Below the pieces are notes generated by a model, which saw only the letters and a list, made by a program, of their open reading frames with translations, was not told the DNA's origin and did not search any database. A program made the position numbers and the translations under genes. From the NCBI GenBank assembly GCA_964402035.1, contig CAYOAM010000001.1:243558-307557 (forward strand): 64,000 nucleotides of DNA. The letters run 5' to 3'. Shown one piece after another: positions 1 through 12,132 of the stretch; positions within the stretch are counted from its first letter, which is position 1; the number at the start of each line of letters is the position of its first letter. This DNA comes from an uncultured Candidatus Saccharibacteria bacterium. Lineage in GTDB: Bacteria; Patescibacteriota; Minisyncoccia; Phycocordibacterales; UBA918.

Positions 1-992
1 TTGACACTATTTTGAATCAACGTTTTGAGCCGGCTGCTACGCGTCCCATTTGTATCTATGTAGCTATTGGTCAAAAAGAGTCAAAGACTGCCCGTATAGT
101 AGGTGAACTTAAAGAGGCGGGGGCACTCGACTACACTATTGTCGTATCCACATCAGCAGCTGATCCTGCGGCGCTCCAATTTTTGGCACCATTTGCTGGC
201 GCTGCTATTGGTGAGTATTTTATGGAGAAAGGGAAGGATGCACTGATTGTATATGATGATCTTTCAAAGCATGCAGTAGCGTATCGTCAGATGTCACTAC
301 TCCTTCGTCGTCCACCAGGACGTGAAGCATATCCAGGAGATATCTTTTATTTGCATTCACGACTTTTGGAGCGCGCTGCAAAACTCAACGAAAAGTTGGG
401 TGGAGGGTCGCTCACTGCTCTTCCAATTATTGAGACTCAGGAAGGTGATGTGTCTGCATATATCCCAACAAACGTGATCTCTATTACCGACGGACAGATA
501 TTCCTTGAAACCGATCTCTTTAACAAAGGTATCCGACCAGCACTCAATGTCGGTATCTCGGTTTCTCGTGTGGGCTCCTCAGCTCAGACAAAAGCGATGA
601 AGAAGGTCGCCGGGAAGATCCGACTTGAACTCGCACAGTTCCGTGAACTTGAAGCGTTTATGCAGTTTTCTCAAGATCTTGACGAGGAAACGAAAAATCG
701 TATTGAGAGTGGGCGCAAGTATACGGAACTCCTCAAACAGCAGCAACATCAAACGATGCCATTTTACAAGCAGGTTATTTCACTCTATGGGGCAAACAAT
801 ACACTTCTCGAAGGTGCGCGCGTTGAGCGCGTCCGGGAAATCGAGGATTCTTTCTTGACGTTTATTGAACGAGATCGAGGAGCTATTATGAAGAGTATAG
901 AGGATACTCGCGCAATTGCCGACGACATTGATGCCGAACTTAAAAAAGCAATAACAGATTTTAAGACCTCTTACGCTCAGTTGTACGCATAA
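1..992 (+). CDS. atpA: F1 ATP synthase subunit alpha, C-terminal part (5' end outside window)
   Basis: Motifs [42 protein letters not shown]; precedes atpG. Confidence 0.98.
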   Translation, partial: DTILNQRFEPAATRPICIYVAIGQKESKTARIVGELKEAGALDYTIVVSTSAADPAALQFLAPFAGAAIGEYFMEKGKDALIVYDDLSKHAVAYRQMSLLLRRPPGREAYPGDIFYLHSRLLERAAKLNEKLGGGSLTALPIIETQEGDVSAYIPTNVISITDGQIFLETDLFNKGIRPALNVGISVSRVGSSAQTKAMKKVAGKIRLELAQFRELEAFMQFSQDLDEETKNRIESGRKYTELLKQQQHQTMPFYKQVISLYGANNTLLEGARVERVREIEDSFLTFIERDRGAIMKSIEDTRAIADDIDAELKKAITDFKTSYAQLYA

Positions 993-995
993 TAT

Positions 996-1904
996 ATGTC
1001 CCTCAAGCATATTAAAAGCAAAATCCGTGCGACTGACCGCACTCGCAAGGTTACCAAAGCTATGGAGGCAGTCTCTGCGGTCAAGATGCGCAAAAGCCAG
1101 GAGCGTGCGCTTTTAAATCGTGCATATGCAGAGGCTGCATTGCGTATACTTTCACATGTGGGCAGTGTCGCTGAAATACAAAAAAGTGCGTACTTGAAAA
1201 AAGAGGGGAGTCGAGACTGCATTGTAGTTGTAACCTCCGACAAGGGACTTGCAGGAAGCCTAAATAGTAGCGTGCTAAAGATGGTTGAACTTCATACCAA
1301 AGGAAAGAATCCTCACGAAGTCACGGCACTGTGTCTTGGTAGAAAGGGATATGAATTTTGTGTACGAAAAGGATTTGATATCGCATTTGAAGCTATCAAT
1401 CTTCGTGATGAAGTATCGATAGAAGATCTCGGTGATGTAGTTGCGAAGGCACTTGCCATCTATCAGTCTGCTGACGTCGGTTCACTGCATGTCATATTTC
1501 AAAACTTTGTAACAACGTTCAGCCAAGAGCCAGCGGTACGTCAGTTGCTACCGCTACAGCAAGAAGTCATTTCGGACATGATAAAAAGTATTATTCCAAA
1601 GCGAGGTCTCTATAGCGATACCAATGTACGCGCCGGTAGTAGTTCATATACGCTTGAGCCACACAGCGAAGCAGTTTTTGACGTGTTGGTGCCTGAGCTT
1701 GTTCATATCTTGCTCTATCATGCGCTGCTTGAGACCAAGGCATCGGAACATTCGGCACGTATGGTTGCGATGAAAAATGCATCCGACAATGCGAAGGAAG
1801 TTTCAAAAGTTCTCACGCTTAAGTTTAATAAGGCACGACAGGCGGTGATCACACGAGAGGTGGCAGAAATAACCGGTGGTATGGAAGCGATGGCTCAAAA
1901 ATAA
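996..1904 (+). CDS. atpG: F1 ATP synthase subunit gamma
   Basis: KVTKAMEAVSAVK, SDKGLAG, ASEHSARMVAMKNASDNA, KARQAVITRE. Confidence 0.98.
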   Translation: MSLKHIKSKIRATDRTRKVTKAMEAVSAVKMRKSQERALLNRAYAEAALRILSHVGSVAEIQKSAYLKKEGSRDCIVVVTSDKGLAGSLNSSVLKMVELHTKGKNPHEVTALCLGRKGYEFCVRKGFDIAFEAINLRDEVSIEDLGDVVAKALAIYQSADVGSLHVIFQNFVTTFSQEPAVRQLLPLQQEVISDMIKSIIPKRGLYSDTNVRAGSSSYTLEPHSEAVFDVLVPELVHILLYHALLETKASEHSARMVAMKNASDNAKEVSKVLTLKFNKARQAVITREVAEITGGMEAMAQK

Positions 1905-1905
1905 T

Positions 1906-2142
1906 ATGGAGCATATATTTACCATATTTCCCATTGAATACATGATAGCGCTTGCTGCGTTGTTGTTTGTGCTACTTTTGATTGAGCTGTATGACCGCTC
2001 AAAGACCGTGGAGCTTTCAGAACTCCGCACCAGAGCGGAGAGTTTCAAATTGCGCCCCAATCCAGAGACCAGTTGGATGTTACTTTTTCTTTTGGTAGTA
2101 TTGTTTGTTCTTATTCCCACTATTCTCTATCTGATGTTGTAG
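1906..2142 (+). CDS. small membrane protein (78 aa, two hydrophobic segments) inside the atp operon
   Basis: ATG 1 nt after the atpG stop; two predicted TM stretches; no recognised family. Confidence 0.65.
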   Translation: MEHIFTIFPIEYMIALAALLFVLLLIELYDRSKTVELSELRTRAESFKLRPNPETSWMLLFLLVVLFVLIPTILYLML

Positions 2143-3555
<1,413 letters not shown>

Positions 3556-3556
3556 T

Positions 3557-3787
3557 ATGTACGTACGCGTAGTACAAGTTGGAAAGTCACTCTTTGAAGG
3601 CGAAGCTCGTTCGCTTAGTGTGCCTGGCTCTGAAGGAGATATGACCATATTGTCGCATCACACGGCGCTCATCAGTGCATTGCGACCGGGGGCTGTGGTC
3701 GTCACCACTGATACAGATTCTCATCGGTTTGACATAAAAAAGGGTTTGATTGAGATTTCAAACAATGAGGTTATTGTGCTCCTGTAA
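3557..3787 (+). CDS. atpC: F1 ATP synthase subunit epsilon, N-terminal domain only (76 aa)
   Basis: VPGSEGDMTILSHHTALISAL motif; position after atpD; ends before any helical C-terminal domain. Confidence 0.9.
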   Translation: MYVRVVQVGKSLFEGEARSLSVPGSEGDMTILSHHTALISALRPGAVVVTTDTDSHRFDIKKGLIEISNNEVIVLL

Positions 3788-3903
3788 GTACTGTCGTGTT
3801 GTGTTTCCGTAGTACACAGTCTGTACGTTTGATTGTTAGTGTGGTGGTATACTGTACCTAGGTAGTTGTCTGGTCTATTTATTTATAGTTATATAAAATT
3901 TCT

Positions 3904-4146
3904 ATGCACAACAAAACGGTACACATGATCACGTTTTTATTACTGGTAGTGGGAGGTCTCAATTGGCTCTTGGTGGGAGTATTTGGTTACAATCTTGTTG
4001 AAATGTTGCTCGGTGGTATATCAGAAATGGCTGTTCGTGCGGTGTATGTGCTTGTCGGTCTTTCTGCCATTTATGAACTCGCTATACATAAAGGCAGTTG
4101 TACTATGTGTGGAGCTGGATCAAACAGCACTCCGAGTGGCATGTAG
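3904..4146 (+). CDS. DUF378 (YuzA-like) small membrane protein
   Basis: LLVVGGLNWLLVGVFGYNLV and VYVLVGLSA pattern typical of DUF378. Confidence 0.85.
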   Translation: MHNKTVHMITFLLLVVGGLNWLLVGVFGYNLVEMLLGGISEMAVRAVYVLVGLSAIYELAIHKGSCTMCGAGSNSTPSGM

Positions 4147-4159
4147 TCAGTATGCTGAT

Positions 4160-4192
4160 AAAAAACAATCACCTGACGGTGGTTGTTTTTTT
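4160..4192 (+). terminator. intrinsic terminator
   Basis: AAAAAACAATCACC-TGAC-GGTGGTTGTTTTTT stem-loop with A and T tails. Confidence 0.8.
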
Positions 4193-4234
4193 GTGCGTGG
4201 TATACTGGTCCTTCATCAATAACTTCTTCTTTAT

Positions 4235-4759
4235 ATGAAAACACCATATTTTGAAATGACCGTTCCCGTCTTCATCAAAGCACTCACGAATATTGACCAC
4301 CTACTCACGCAGTCGGAGAAATTTGCAGCGGAGAAGGGTATCTCAGAAAGTGAATTTCTCTCTTCTCGGTTAGCTCCCGATATGTTTCCACTGTTGAAAC
4401 AAGTACAGGTGGTTACTGACAATGCAAAAGGGGCGGCAGCACGACTCGCAGGTGTGGAGATACCAACGATGACGGATGAAGAAGTCTCGTTTGCAGACCT
4501 TCATGCGCGTATTGTAGCGACGATTGCATTTCTCAAGACATTGAAATCTGAACAGTTTGAAGACGCTGCAACACGCAAGATTCATATTAAGTATTTTCCG
4601 GGTAAACATTTTCTTGGGCACGGGTATCTTGCCGAGTACGCACTACCAAATTTCTATTTCCACTTTGTCACGATATACGCGATCTTGCGTATGAAAGGAC
4701 TCACTATTGGAAAAGCCGACTATATGGGTGGTTTACCGTTACAGGAAGGCTCTCTATAG
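4235..4759 (+). CDS. DUF1993 family (DinB/YfiT-like four-helix) protein
   Basis: RLAPDMFPLLKQVQ, LPNFYFH...YAILR...IGKADY motifs. Confidence 0.85.
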   Translation: MKTPYFEMTVPVFIKALTNIDHLLTQSEKFAAEKGISESEFLSSRLAPDMFPLLKQVQVVTDNAKGAAARLAGVEIPTMTDEEVSFADLHARIVATIAFLKTLKSEQFEDAATRKIHIKYFPGKHFLGHGYLAEYALPNFYFHFVTIYAILRMKGLTIGKADYMGGLPLQEGSL

Positions 4760-4799
4760 CGCAGAGCAAACTCACACTATGAACCCCGTAAAGACCAGT

Positions 4800-5807
4800 T
4801 TATAGCGTGTAGTGTCCGTCCTGGTATATAGGCATCTCGTTTACTGTCACCGAGGTCACCGCAGGAAATAAATCTATATGGAACTTTGTTTTGTGTGACG
4901 CGATACCAGTTTTTTTGTACACATTGTGTTTTTCACCAAGTGATACATGCATGCCGTACATCCGCTCAAAAGCAGTGATATCTTGTAGCGGTCGTTCTTT
5001 GGTAATGGCACGATTAAGTCCAAATCCTATTTCTCGGATCAGTGGTCGTTCGCTTGCCGAAACAAGCTTAACGATTTCTATAAATGAATCGGGCGTGTTT
5101 TCGCTCCATCCGACAACGAGACCTTTTTCGATATCAATGCGAAATGGTTCGTGAAAAGAAATTTTAAACTCAGAATCAGCATATGCAAAAAGCATCAATG
5201 ATCCATTCATTGAGGTAAACTCTTTTGCTTCGGTAAATACTTCTCCTATCGGAAACGTACCACCAATGTTAGGTACGTTTCTGTAGTCGCCCACATTGAG
5301 TTTTGTAAGCTCAAGCCTTCCGTCAATGTTCAATTGAGTATTTTCACCGGTGATGGTAAGCATTGTTGCGTTGTCTAATAGTGATGCAAGTTTTGGTCCC
5401 ATCGTGCGATACCAGTATGAATCATACGCAAGAGCATCAATATACACGTCCCATACATCCTCATTGTTTCGTGCAAGATGTACATGCTCGATCACTTTTA
5501 ATTGTTTTACAAAGAGTCGTAGGCGAATGCGAAAGGCATTAAGCTTAAAATTCCCTGATTGAATCAGTATAACTAAATCGTGTGGTGCGAGCGTTGAAAA
5601 CAATGCCAAGATAGCATCCTGAGTAGTTCGGTTAAAATCTACATAGTGTGCATGAGGGAGGATTGACCGATACGCCTCGGTTAAGAGACATGAAAGTCCA
5701 GAATCAGTGTCGTACACAATGACTGCTTTTTGTTTCTCGGTGTATCCTATAGATAGCGAGAGTATGTCACGCAGATGCGCGCTGGCCATTGCTATCTGTG
5801 TGTCCAT
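4800..5807 (-). CDS. aminopeptidase-like protein (thermophilic metalloprotease/M29-like)
   Basis: GGTFPIGEVF, REIGFGLN, HVSLG, HIDL motifs resemble the M29/AmpT C-terminal domain. Confidence 0.6.
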   Translation of the reverse strand: MDTQIAMASAHLRDILSLSIGYTEKQKAVIVYDTDSGLSCLLTEAYRSILPHAHYVDFNRTTQDAILALFSTLAPHDLVILIQSGNFKLNAFRIRLRLFVKQLKVIEHVHLARNNEDVWDVYIDALAYDSYWYRTMGPKLASLLDNATMLTITGENTQLNIDGRLELTKLNVGDYRNVPNIGGTFPIGEVFTEAKEFTSMNGSLMLFAYADSEFKISFHEPFRIDIEKGLVVGWSENTPDSFIEIVKLVSASERPLIREIGFGLNRAITKERPLQDITAFERMYGMHVSLGEKHNVYKKTGIASHKTKFHIDLFPAVTSVTVNEMPIYQDGHYTL

Positions 5808-5904
5808 GGTATGAGACTATCGAGAAATAGCTAAAACAGCAACTATCTGTACAAAGAAGTGCATTTGAACAGTGACTCCCACTGCGGTACACTGCACAGC
5901 TACT

Positions 5905-7719
5905 ATGTCACATTCCGTAACAAAATATCTAGAAGACCTCAATCATACGTACCATACCCTTCATAAGACCTATGAAGAGCTATTTTGGATCTCATACATG
6001 GGGGATCATTCTGTAGATAGTCGTATGCAAAAGGCTCTGGTTGCACGCGATGCATTTCGTGCTGATCAGCAAAATTTGCTGAGAGTTCGCTCATGTATGG
6101 AAACAGCCACAGATTCCGAAAAAGAACGTCTTCATGTATGGGAAGCTTTTTTTAAACACTATCAAGCGCCAAAAGCAGCACTTAAAACGCAACAAAAGAT
6201 TCACGAGATGGAATCTAAGCTTCTCAAGAAGCGCTCAGAAAGAAAAGAAGGGTATGTGGATCCATACACGAAAAAATTTGTCGTAGCTTCCGCCCTCAAA
6301 ATGCGTGCGATGATGGATACGCATGATGATGAAAAAGTTCGTAAGGCGTGTTTTGAAGCACGAGAAAATCTTGCCGTGGGACTTCTCGATGAATATATTG
6401 AAGTCGTAGCTCTGCGTAATCAATATGCACGTGAGATGGGCTACAGTGACTTTTACGATTTTAAACTGCGGCGTGAAGATGGCATGACAAAAGAAGAACT
6501 ATTTTCACTATTTGATACTATTTATACAAAAACAAAACCGGCTCTTGAAAAAATAAGAATTCTAGAAAAGAAGATGCCAGGTCTGCGCAAGCCGTGGAAT
6601 TTTGGCTACATGCTTTCGGGAGATTTTACAAAAGAAGAAGATCCCTATTTTCAGTTTGAAGATGCTTTATTGCGTTGGGGGAAATCATTTACTGCTCTAG
6701 GTATTGATTTTAGGGGAAGTACGCTCACACTTGATCTCTTGGATCGAAAAGGGAAGTGGAGCAATGGCTTTTGTCATTGGCCAGATCTCATTACCTATAA
6801 GAAGGATACACGACTATCAGGCAGTTCAAATTTCACGTGCAATCTGGTCAATGGACAAGTTGGATCAGGTGTCCTAGGGTACAACACACTGTTTCATGAG
6901 GGAGGGCATGCTGCACATCTTTTGAATTCGGATGAGGGTGAAGTGGTCATGAATCAAGAATATGCGCCGCTTTCTATGTCGTGGGCTGAAACACAGAGTA
7001 TGTTTCTCGACACACTCTTTGATGGCATTGAGTGGCGAACGCGATATGCACAAGATGCGAAAGGCAAATCGTATCCGTTTTCACTCTACGAGCGGAAGCT
7101 ACAAAAAACACATGTTGTTCAAGCGCTAGAACTATCCCCGATCATTTTTGTAGCTAACTACGAGCGAGAGATATATGAAACTAAAACCTTGACTCGAGAC
7201 AAGGTTTTAAGCATTGCTCGCAAAAACTATAGAAAATACTATGATCTGAAAGGGGATTCATTACGAGCACTTATGGTTCCGCACATCTACTCATGGGAGA
7301 GTTCTGCGTCCTATCACGGGTATGGCCTAGCGACTCTTGCGCTCTATCAGTGGCGTGAATATTTTTACAAAAAGTACGGTCATATCGTGGATAATCCTAA
7401 GGTTGGACATGAGATGAAGGAAGTTTGGAAGTATGGCGCCAAGTACACGTTTCCTGAATTTGTGCGCATTGCGACAGGGAAAAAATTGAGTGCGCATGCA
7501 TATCTGCGCGAAGTTACTGCATCACTTCCGAAGACTGTATCGCGAGCACGTGAGAGAGTAGAGAATGTTTCAAAGTTACCGATTTCAAAAGTAGTTACTT
7601 TGGATGCAACTATTCGTATGGTGCATGGAAAGAAAGAGATCGCGAATAGCAAGAAAGGTTTTGAAACGATGGCAAAGATGTATGCTGTGTGGTTGCAAAA
7701 AGAGAAAGAATCTTTATGA
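5905..7719 (+). CDS. M3 family oligoendopeptidase
   Basis: Zn motif [11 protein letters not shown], downstream AETQS glutamate, LDLLDRKGK. Confidence 0.85.
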   Translation: MSHSVTKYLEDLNHTYHTLHKTYEELFWISYMGDHSVDSRMQKALVARDAFRADQQNLLRVRSCMETATDSEKERLHVWEAFFKHYQAPKAALKTQQKIHEMESKLLKKRSERKEGYVDPYTKKFVVASALKMRAMMDTHDDEKVRKACFEARENLAVGLLDEYIEVVALRNQYAREMGYSDFYDFKLRREDGMTKEELFSLFDTIYTKTKPALEKIRILEKKMPGLRKPWNFGYMLSGDFTKEEDPYFQFEDALLRWGKSFTALGIDFRGSTLTLDLLDRKGKWSNGFCHWPDLITYKKDTRLSGSSNFTCNLVNGQVGSGVLGYNTLFHEGGHAAHLLNSDEGEVVMNQEYAPLSMSWAETQSMFLDTLFDGIEWRTRYAQDAKGKSYPFSLYERKLQKTHVVQALELSPIIFVANYEREIYETKTLTRDKVLSIARKNYRKYYDLKGDSLRALMVPHIYSWESSASYHGYGLATLALYQWREYFYKKYGHIVDNPKVGHEMKEVWKYGAKYTFPEFVRIATGKKLSAHAYLREVTASLPKTVSRARERVENVSKLPISKVVTLDATIRMVHGKKEIANSKKGFETMAKMYAVWLQKEKESL

Positions 7720-8456
7720 AAATCATGTCACTCAATGTCTGGAGTGGGAGAAACTCGGCGGCTCTCTATCCATTTCTTGAAAAATATAAGGATGAAGTTG
7801 ATGTCTTCTGTTTTCAAGAAGTTTTTCGAGAGGCTCATGAGAAAGAAAAAGACTGGCTCGATAATACGGTACTCGACTTACATGAACAAATGCAGAATAT
7901 ACTTACTGGCTATCAGTTTTTCTATCACCCACATTTTGATACGTATTGGGGTCTGTCAATGTTTGTGCGCAAAGAAATTTTTGTGCATGCCCACGGTGAT
8001 ATATTCGTACACAAAGCGATAGGATATAACCCTGAGAGAGAAGCTGCAGGGCATACTGCAAAAAACGTTGAGTATGTTGAGATCGCGCATGGAGAGAAAA
8101 GGATCACCATCTGCAATTTCCATGGACTGTGGAATGGTCAAGGAAAGACTGATACGGAAGATAGGATTACTCAATCAAAAAATATAGTCAATTTCCTTAA
8201 AACGCTTGATTCAGAGGTTATATTTTGTGGAGATCTCAATCTGCGGCCAGAAACGGAAAGCATGAAAATACTTGAAGCAAGTGGTCTACAAAATCTCATC
8301 ATTGAATACGGCGTAACTTCCACGCGCACATCGTTGTATAAGAAACCCGAAAAGTACGCCGACTACATCCTTGTTTCAAAGGGAATCCATGTGAAAGATT
8401 TTGCAGTATTGCCAGATGAAGTGTCTGATCATGCTGCACTGCTGCTTGAGATATAG
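7716..8456 (+). CDS. endonuclease/exonuclease/phosphatase (EEP) family protein
   Basis: SLNV, FQEV, GDLN, DYILV and C-terminal SDH motifs; ATGA overlap with the upstream stop. Confidence 0.9.
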   Translation: MKIMSLNVWSGRNSAALYPFLEKYKDEVDVFCFQEVFREAHEKEKDWLDNTVLDLHEQMQNILTGYQFFYHPHFDTYWGLSMFVRKEIFVHAHGDIFVHKAIGYNPEREAAGHTAKNVEYVEIAHGEKRITICNFHGLWNGQGKTDTEDRITQSKNIVNFLKTLDSEVIFCGDLNLRPETESMKILEASGLQNLIIEYGVTSTRTSLYKKPEKYADYILVSKGIHVKDFAVLPDEVSDHAALLLEI

Positions 8457-8458
8457 AA

Positions 8459-8492
8459 AATCCCCGCGAGCGCTTGCGCACCTGCGGGGATT
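8459..8492. terminator. hairpin between convergent genes
   Basis: AATCCCCGC...GCGGGGATT 9-bp inverted repeat. Confidence 0.7.
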
Positions 8493-8496
8493 CAGT

Positions 8497-8739
8497 TCAT
8501 GATCGGAACGCCTCAATTAGCATAAGGGTTCCTGGCACCGGATGCGTGTTGTACTGGTCTGAAAATGCCAGAAGTTCGCACGCTCTCAGTGCTGAAGTAT
8601 GTCTGTTTCCGAGAACACTCACTCTGTCCCAGTTGCACAACCGTACAACCGTGTCAGGATGCTCTCGCATGAGACGGGTCACCTTGTCGTGCAAAAAATG
8701 GATGTGCCCGTCATTCAGGTCAACTTCCTCGGTGTACAT
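8497..8739 (-). CDS. hypothetical protein (80 aa)
   Basis: Start chosen at MYTEE because GGAG lies 6 nt upstream and TGGTATAAT further upstream; hairpin downstream. Confidence 0.5.
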   Translation of the reverse strand: MYTEEVDLNDGHIHFLHDKVTRLMREHPDTVVRLCNWDRVSVLGNRHTSALRACELLAFSDQYNTHPVPGTLMLIEAFRS

Positions 8740-8886
8740 TTGAGGCTCCGTCGTGGGAACCCCTCCAATTACTATTATACCATGCATATTATATATTGTA
8801 TATAGTCTCCGGTATGGCTAAAAACAAGGCCCATTTGTCCAGTGTTTTCTGTTGGAGGAAAGTAACGTACTTGATACAATGCGAGC

Positions 8887-9123
8887 ATGCTCAAAAATTT
8901 CTTCCTGAAGAAGATGCTTCAGATGCAGACCAAAAACCTACCCAAAGATCAGCAGGAACAAGTCATGATGATGCTTGAAAAAGACCCTGATCTTTTTATG
9001 AAAATAGCAACCGAAGTACAAGAAGAAATGAAAAAAGGGAAGGATCAAATGAGTGCTGCGATGGTTGTGATGCCAAAGTATCAAGCTCGATTAAAAGAGC
9101 TCATGGGTGAGCCAAAAAAATAA
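8887..9123 (+). CDS. small helical hypothetical protein
   Basis: Clean ORF with extended -10 TGATACAAT 6 nt before ATG; 2 nt from the next gene. Confidence 0.8.
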   Translation: MLKNFFLKKMLQMQTKNLPKDQQEQVMMMLEKDPDLFMKIATEVQEEMKKGKDQMSAAMVVMPKYQARLKELMGEPKK

Positions 9124-9125
9124 TA

Positions 9126-9701
9126 ATGAAAAAAATACTTGTTCTTTTAGGAAACCCCGACTCTGAATCGTTTTCAAGTAAGGTCGCAACTGCCTATGAA
9201 GATGCTGCACGTACGGCTGGTCATGAAGTGCAGCGTTTTAATGTCAACGATCTAAAGTTTGATCCTATTTTACATAAGGGATACAAAGCCATACAACCAC
9301 TTGAACCAGATTTGGTAAAAATTCAGGAAGTGTGGAATTGGGCGGATCACGTCGTGATTGTGTATCCAAACTGGTGGTGCACTATGCCTGCAGTACTCAA
9401 GGGTATGTTTGATCGCATGTTTCTCCCGGGATTTGCATTTAATTTTGACAAGCAGACAAAAAAGCTTATCCAGCGCTTGAAAGGGAAGACAGCGCGCGTC
9501 ATCGTCCTTGCAGGAACACACAGTCCTTTTATGACATGGCTCAAGTTTGGAGATTTTACGAATGAAATCCAGTTCGGCATCCTTGGTTTTGCAGGTATGA
9601 AGGCAAAGGTATCTGCCTTTGGTCCCTGCGATCGTGTCAGTGAAGCAGTGCGACAAAAATGGATAGCAAAAGTCGCTGGATTTGGAACGAAGGGTATATA
9701 A
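9126..9701 (+). CDS. NAD(P)H-dependent oxidoreductase, flavodoxin-2 (MdaB/KefF-like) family
   Basis: GNPDSESFS, YPNWWCTMPAVLKGMFDR, LKGK motifs. Confidence 0.9.
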   Translation: MKKILVLLGNPDSESFSSKVATAYEDAARTAGHEVQRFNVNDLKFDPILHKGYKAIQPLEPDLVKIQEVWNWADHVVIVYPNWWCTMPAVLKGMFDRMFLPGFAFNFDKQTKKLIQRLKGKTARVIVLAGTHSPFMTWLKFGDFTNEIQFGILGFAGMKAKVSAFGPCDRVSEAVRQKWIAKVAGFGTKGI

Positions 9702-9727
9702 AAAATACGCAGCTCATCAAGATGATG

Positions 9728-9967
9728 TCACTGCGTACGGGCGTGTTTTGGATGAAACGACGCCTTGAGGCCACCGACGCCGTGCGATGAGAGATATCTG
9801 CGCCAACCGTCAATCTCTTCGGCTGAAATATTGTAAATGTCTTTCAGTTGGTCAGTGGTCACACGACCCGCGTCTAGAACACTCAATACCCTCTCTTTGA
9901 TCTTAGGTCTCCAGCGCCTAGTATTACGCGGAGGTAGACAGAACTTGGCTATCTCGTCATCGGTCAT
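9728..9967 (-). CDS. DUF1153 / SciP-like small HTH protein (79 aa)
   Basis: LPPRNTRRW..K..V....Y.IS.EE..W....HG..GL pattern; own promoter TGGACA-17-TATAGT and AAGGAG SD. Confidence 0.7.
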   Translation of the reverse strand: MTDDEIAKFCLPPRNTRRWRPKIKERVLSVLDAGRVTTDQLKDIYNISAEEIDGWRRYLSSHGVGGLKASFHPKHARTQ

Positions 9968-10044
9968 GCTGTCTCCTTGCAAAAAACCAACAAGCACTAT
10001 ACGATACGGTATCAATTTTGTCCATATAATTTTACATATCATTC

Positions 10045-11145
10045 ATGGCGCGTATCAGTGTTGGCATCGTCGGACTTCCAAATGTTGGCAAATCAACGCT
10101 TTTTAATGCACTCACGCGTAGCAGTGTACCCGCAGCCAACTACCCGTTTTGTACGATAGACCCCTCCGTGGGTGTTGTTGCAGTACCTGACCCACGCCTT
10201 GCAAGTCTTTCTAAAATTTCTGGATCGGAAAAAATCATCCCTGCTATTGTTGAGTTTGTTGATATTGCTGGACTCGTGAAGGGTGCATCGACTGGGGAAG
10301 GGTTGGGGAATCAATTCCTCGCCAATATCCGCGAGACCGACATGATTGCTGAAGTTGTTCGCATCTTTGAAGATCAGGACATCATCCATGTCGCAGGAGA
10401 AGTACGACCACTTTCCGATATTGAAGTCATAAACATAGAACTTATTCTTGCTGATACAGAAACTGTAGGAAAGCGATTAGGAACACTAGTGCACGATGCG
10501 AAGCGCAATGATCTTCAGGCCCTCAAGGAATTGCCGGTGATGGAAAAAGTCATGGCGCATCTTGAAGCAGGAAAACTTATCAGTACTCTTGGTCTCAATG
10601 AGGATGAACAGAAAATAATATACGGACTTCATCTTTTGACTGCAAAATCGATACTCTATATTTTGAACAAAAAGAATGGAGCTTTTAACCTCGATGAACA
10701 AAATGATCCACGTTGGGAAGAGCTAAAAGATTTTCTTGATAGCACTGGTGCGCAGTATGTCATGGTAGATGCAGGCATTGAACACGAGCTTAAGGATCTT
10801 GAAGAAAATGAGAAACTTGAGTTTAGGCGAGAGTACGCCACACTTGATTCGGGTATCGATACCTTGATCCGCGCCTGCTATGAAAAATTAGGACTGATTT
10901 CCTATTTTACGACAGGAGAAAAAGAGACTCGAGCATGGACAACGCCAAAAAATTCAACAGCACCAATTGCAGGGACCGCCATACACACTGATTTTAAAGA
11001 TAAATTTATTCGCGCGCAGGTTGTCGCTTATGAAGATCTCGTTCGTGTAGGTAGTATCGCAGCAGCACGTGAACAAGGAAAACTGCGCACCGAAGGCAAG
11101 GAGTATATCGTGAAAGACGGGGACGTGATTGAGTTTATGATTTAG
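10045..11145 (+). CDS. ychF: ribosome-binding ATPase YchF
   Basis: GLPNVGKST, ANYPFCTIDP, DIAGLVKGAS, EGKEYIVKDGD. Confidence 0.98.
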   Translation: MARISVGIVGLPNVGKSTLFNALTRSSVPAANYPFCTIDPSVGVVAVPDPRLASLSKISGSEKIIPAIVEFVDIAGLVKGASTGEGLGNQFLANIRETDMIAEVVRIFEDQDIIHVAGEVRPLSDIEVINIELILADTETVGKRLGTLVHDAKRNDLQALKELPVMEKVMAHLEAGKLISTLGLNEDEQKIIYGLHLLTAKSILYILNKKNGAFNLDEQNDPRWEELKDFLDSTGAQYVMVDAGIEHELKDLEENEKLEFRREYATLDSGIDTLIRACYEKLGLISYFTTGEKETRAWTTPKNSTAPIAGTAIHTDFKDKFIRAQVVAYEDLVRVGSIAAAREQGKLRTEGKEYIVKDGDVIEFMI

Positions 11146-11411
11146 TCGTTTTCTCTATGGTGAGCTCTACCAACAAGTTCACCCCATTCTGCTTCAACAT
11201 TGAGACCTACTTCGCAGTCACAACCGGCTCCATTGCGCCCGAGCCACGTAAGAGTTTTGTCGACTTCTAGATTATTACTTTTCAAAAAATCAATTGTTTT
11301 TTCAAATGTATGATTACAATTTCGGACAGTATCAATAAAGTCAAAAAGTAATTTCAATGACTCTTTAGAAATAGGTGGTAAATCTTTATGTTGACTAAAC
11401 GCGTCAGTCAT
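11142..11411 (-). CDS. DUF2695-like protein
   Basis: CNHT and WLGRNGAGCDCEV motifs. Confidence 0.65.
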   Translation of the reverse strand: MTDAFSQHKDLPPISKESLKLLFDFIDTVRNCNHTFEKTIDFLKSNNLEVDKTLTWLGRNGAGCDCEVGLNVEAEWGELVGRAHHREND

Positions 11412-11457
11412 ATTGTGAATACTATATCATATAATGACAATGATACACTGAAACAAT

Positions 11458-12069
11458 ATGCGATATTTCTTGCCTGTTTTATTGTGTGTTGTCCTGTTTC
11501 TACTCGCCTATATTTTCTGGCCAACTTCACACACAGTAAAAAACTACCCTTCGAGTGGGACTTCTGTCGTCGCTTTTGGAGATAGTCTCGTTTCTGGTGT
11601 AGGGTCGACCCTGGGTGGCGGCTTTGTTTCTATATTGGAAAAAGAAATCGGTGTGCCGATTATTAACCTTGGAAAGAGTGGTGATACCACGGAAGATGGC
11701 TTAGCTCGAATGGAAAGTATTAAAGACACCCATCCAAAAGTGGTGATGCTCCTGCTTGGAGGCAATGATTATTTGCGCAAGATCCCTCAGGCGACGACAC
11801 GCACAAACTTGGCAAAAATCATAGAGGAGATACAAGGGCAGGGCGCGATAGTGGTGCTCTTGGGTGTAAGAGGAGGAGTGCTCCAAGATAATTTCTCCGA
11901 TATGTATGAAGAGCTTGCAGATACCTACGAAACGGCCTATGTTTCAAACGTCCTCGAGGGATTGTTTGCGCGAGATGCTTTTATGAGCGGCGCCATACAC
12001 CCAAATGACGCAGGTTATGAAAAGATCGCAGAACGTATCGCTCCTGTACTCGCTGAGCTCTTAAAATAG
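11458..12069 (+). CDS. SGNH/GDSL arylesterase with N-terminal anchor
   Basis: GDSL, G, GGND blocks and IHPN. Confidence 0.9.
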   Translation: MRYFLPVLLCVVLFLLAYIFWPTSHTVKNYPSSGTSVVAFGDSLVSGVGSTLGGGFVSILEKEIGVPIINLGKSGDTTEDGLARMESIKDTHPKVVMLLLGGNDYLRKIPQATTRTNLAKIIEEIQGQGAIVVLLGVRGGVLQDNFSDMYEELADTYETAYVSNVLEGLFARDAFMSGAIHPNDAGYEKIAERIAPVLAELLK

Positions 12070-12132
12070 CGACATGGTTGTGGGGTATTGTACACTTTAC
12101 CCAAAGGTACTTTTGTCGCATAATCTATTGAT

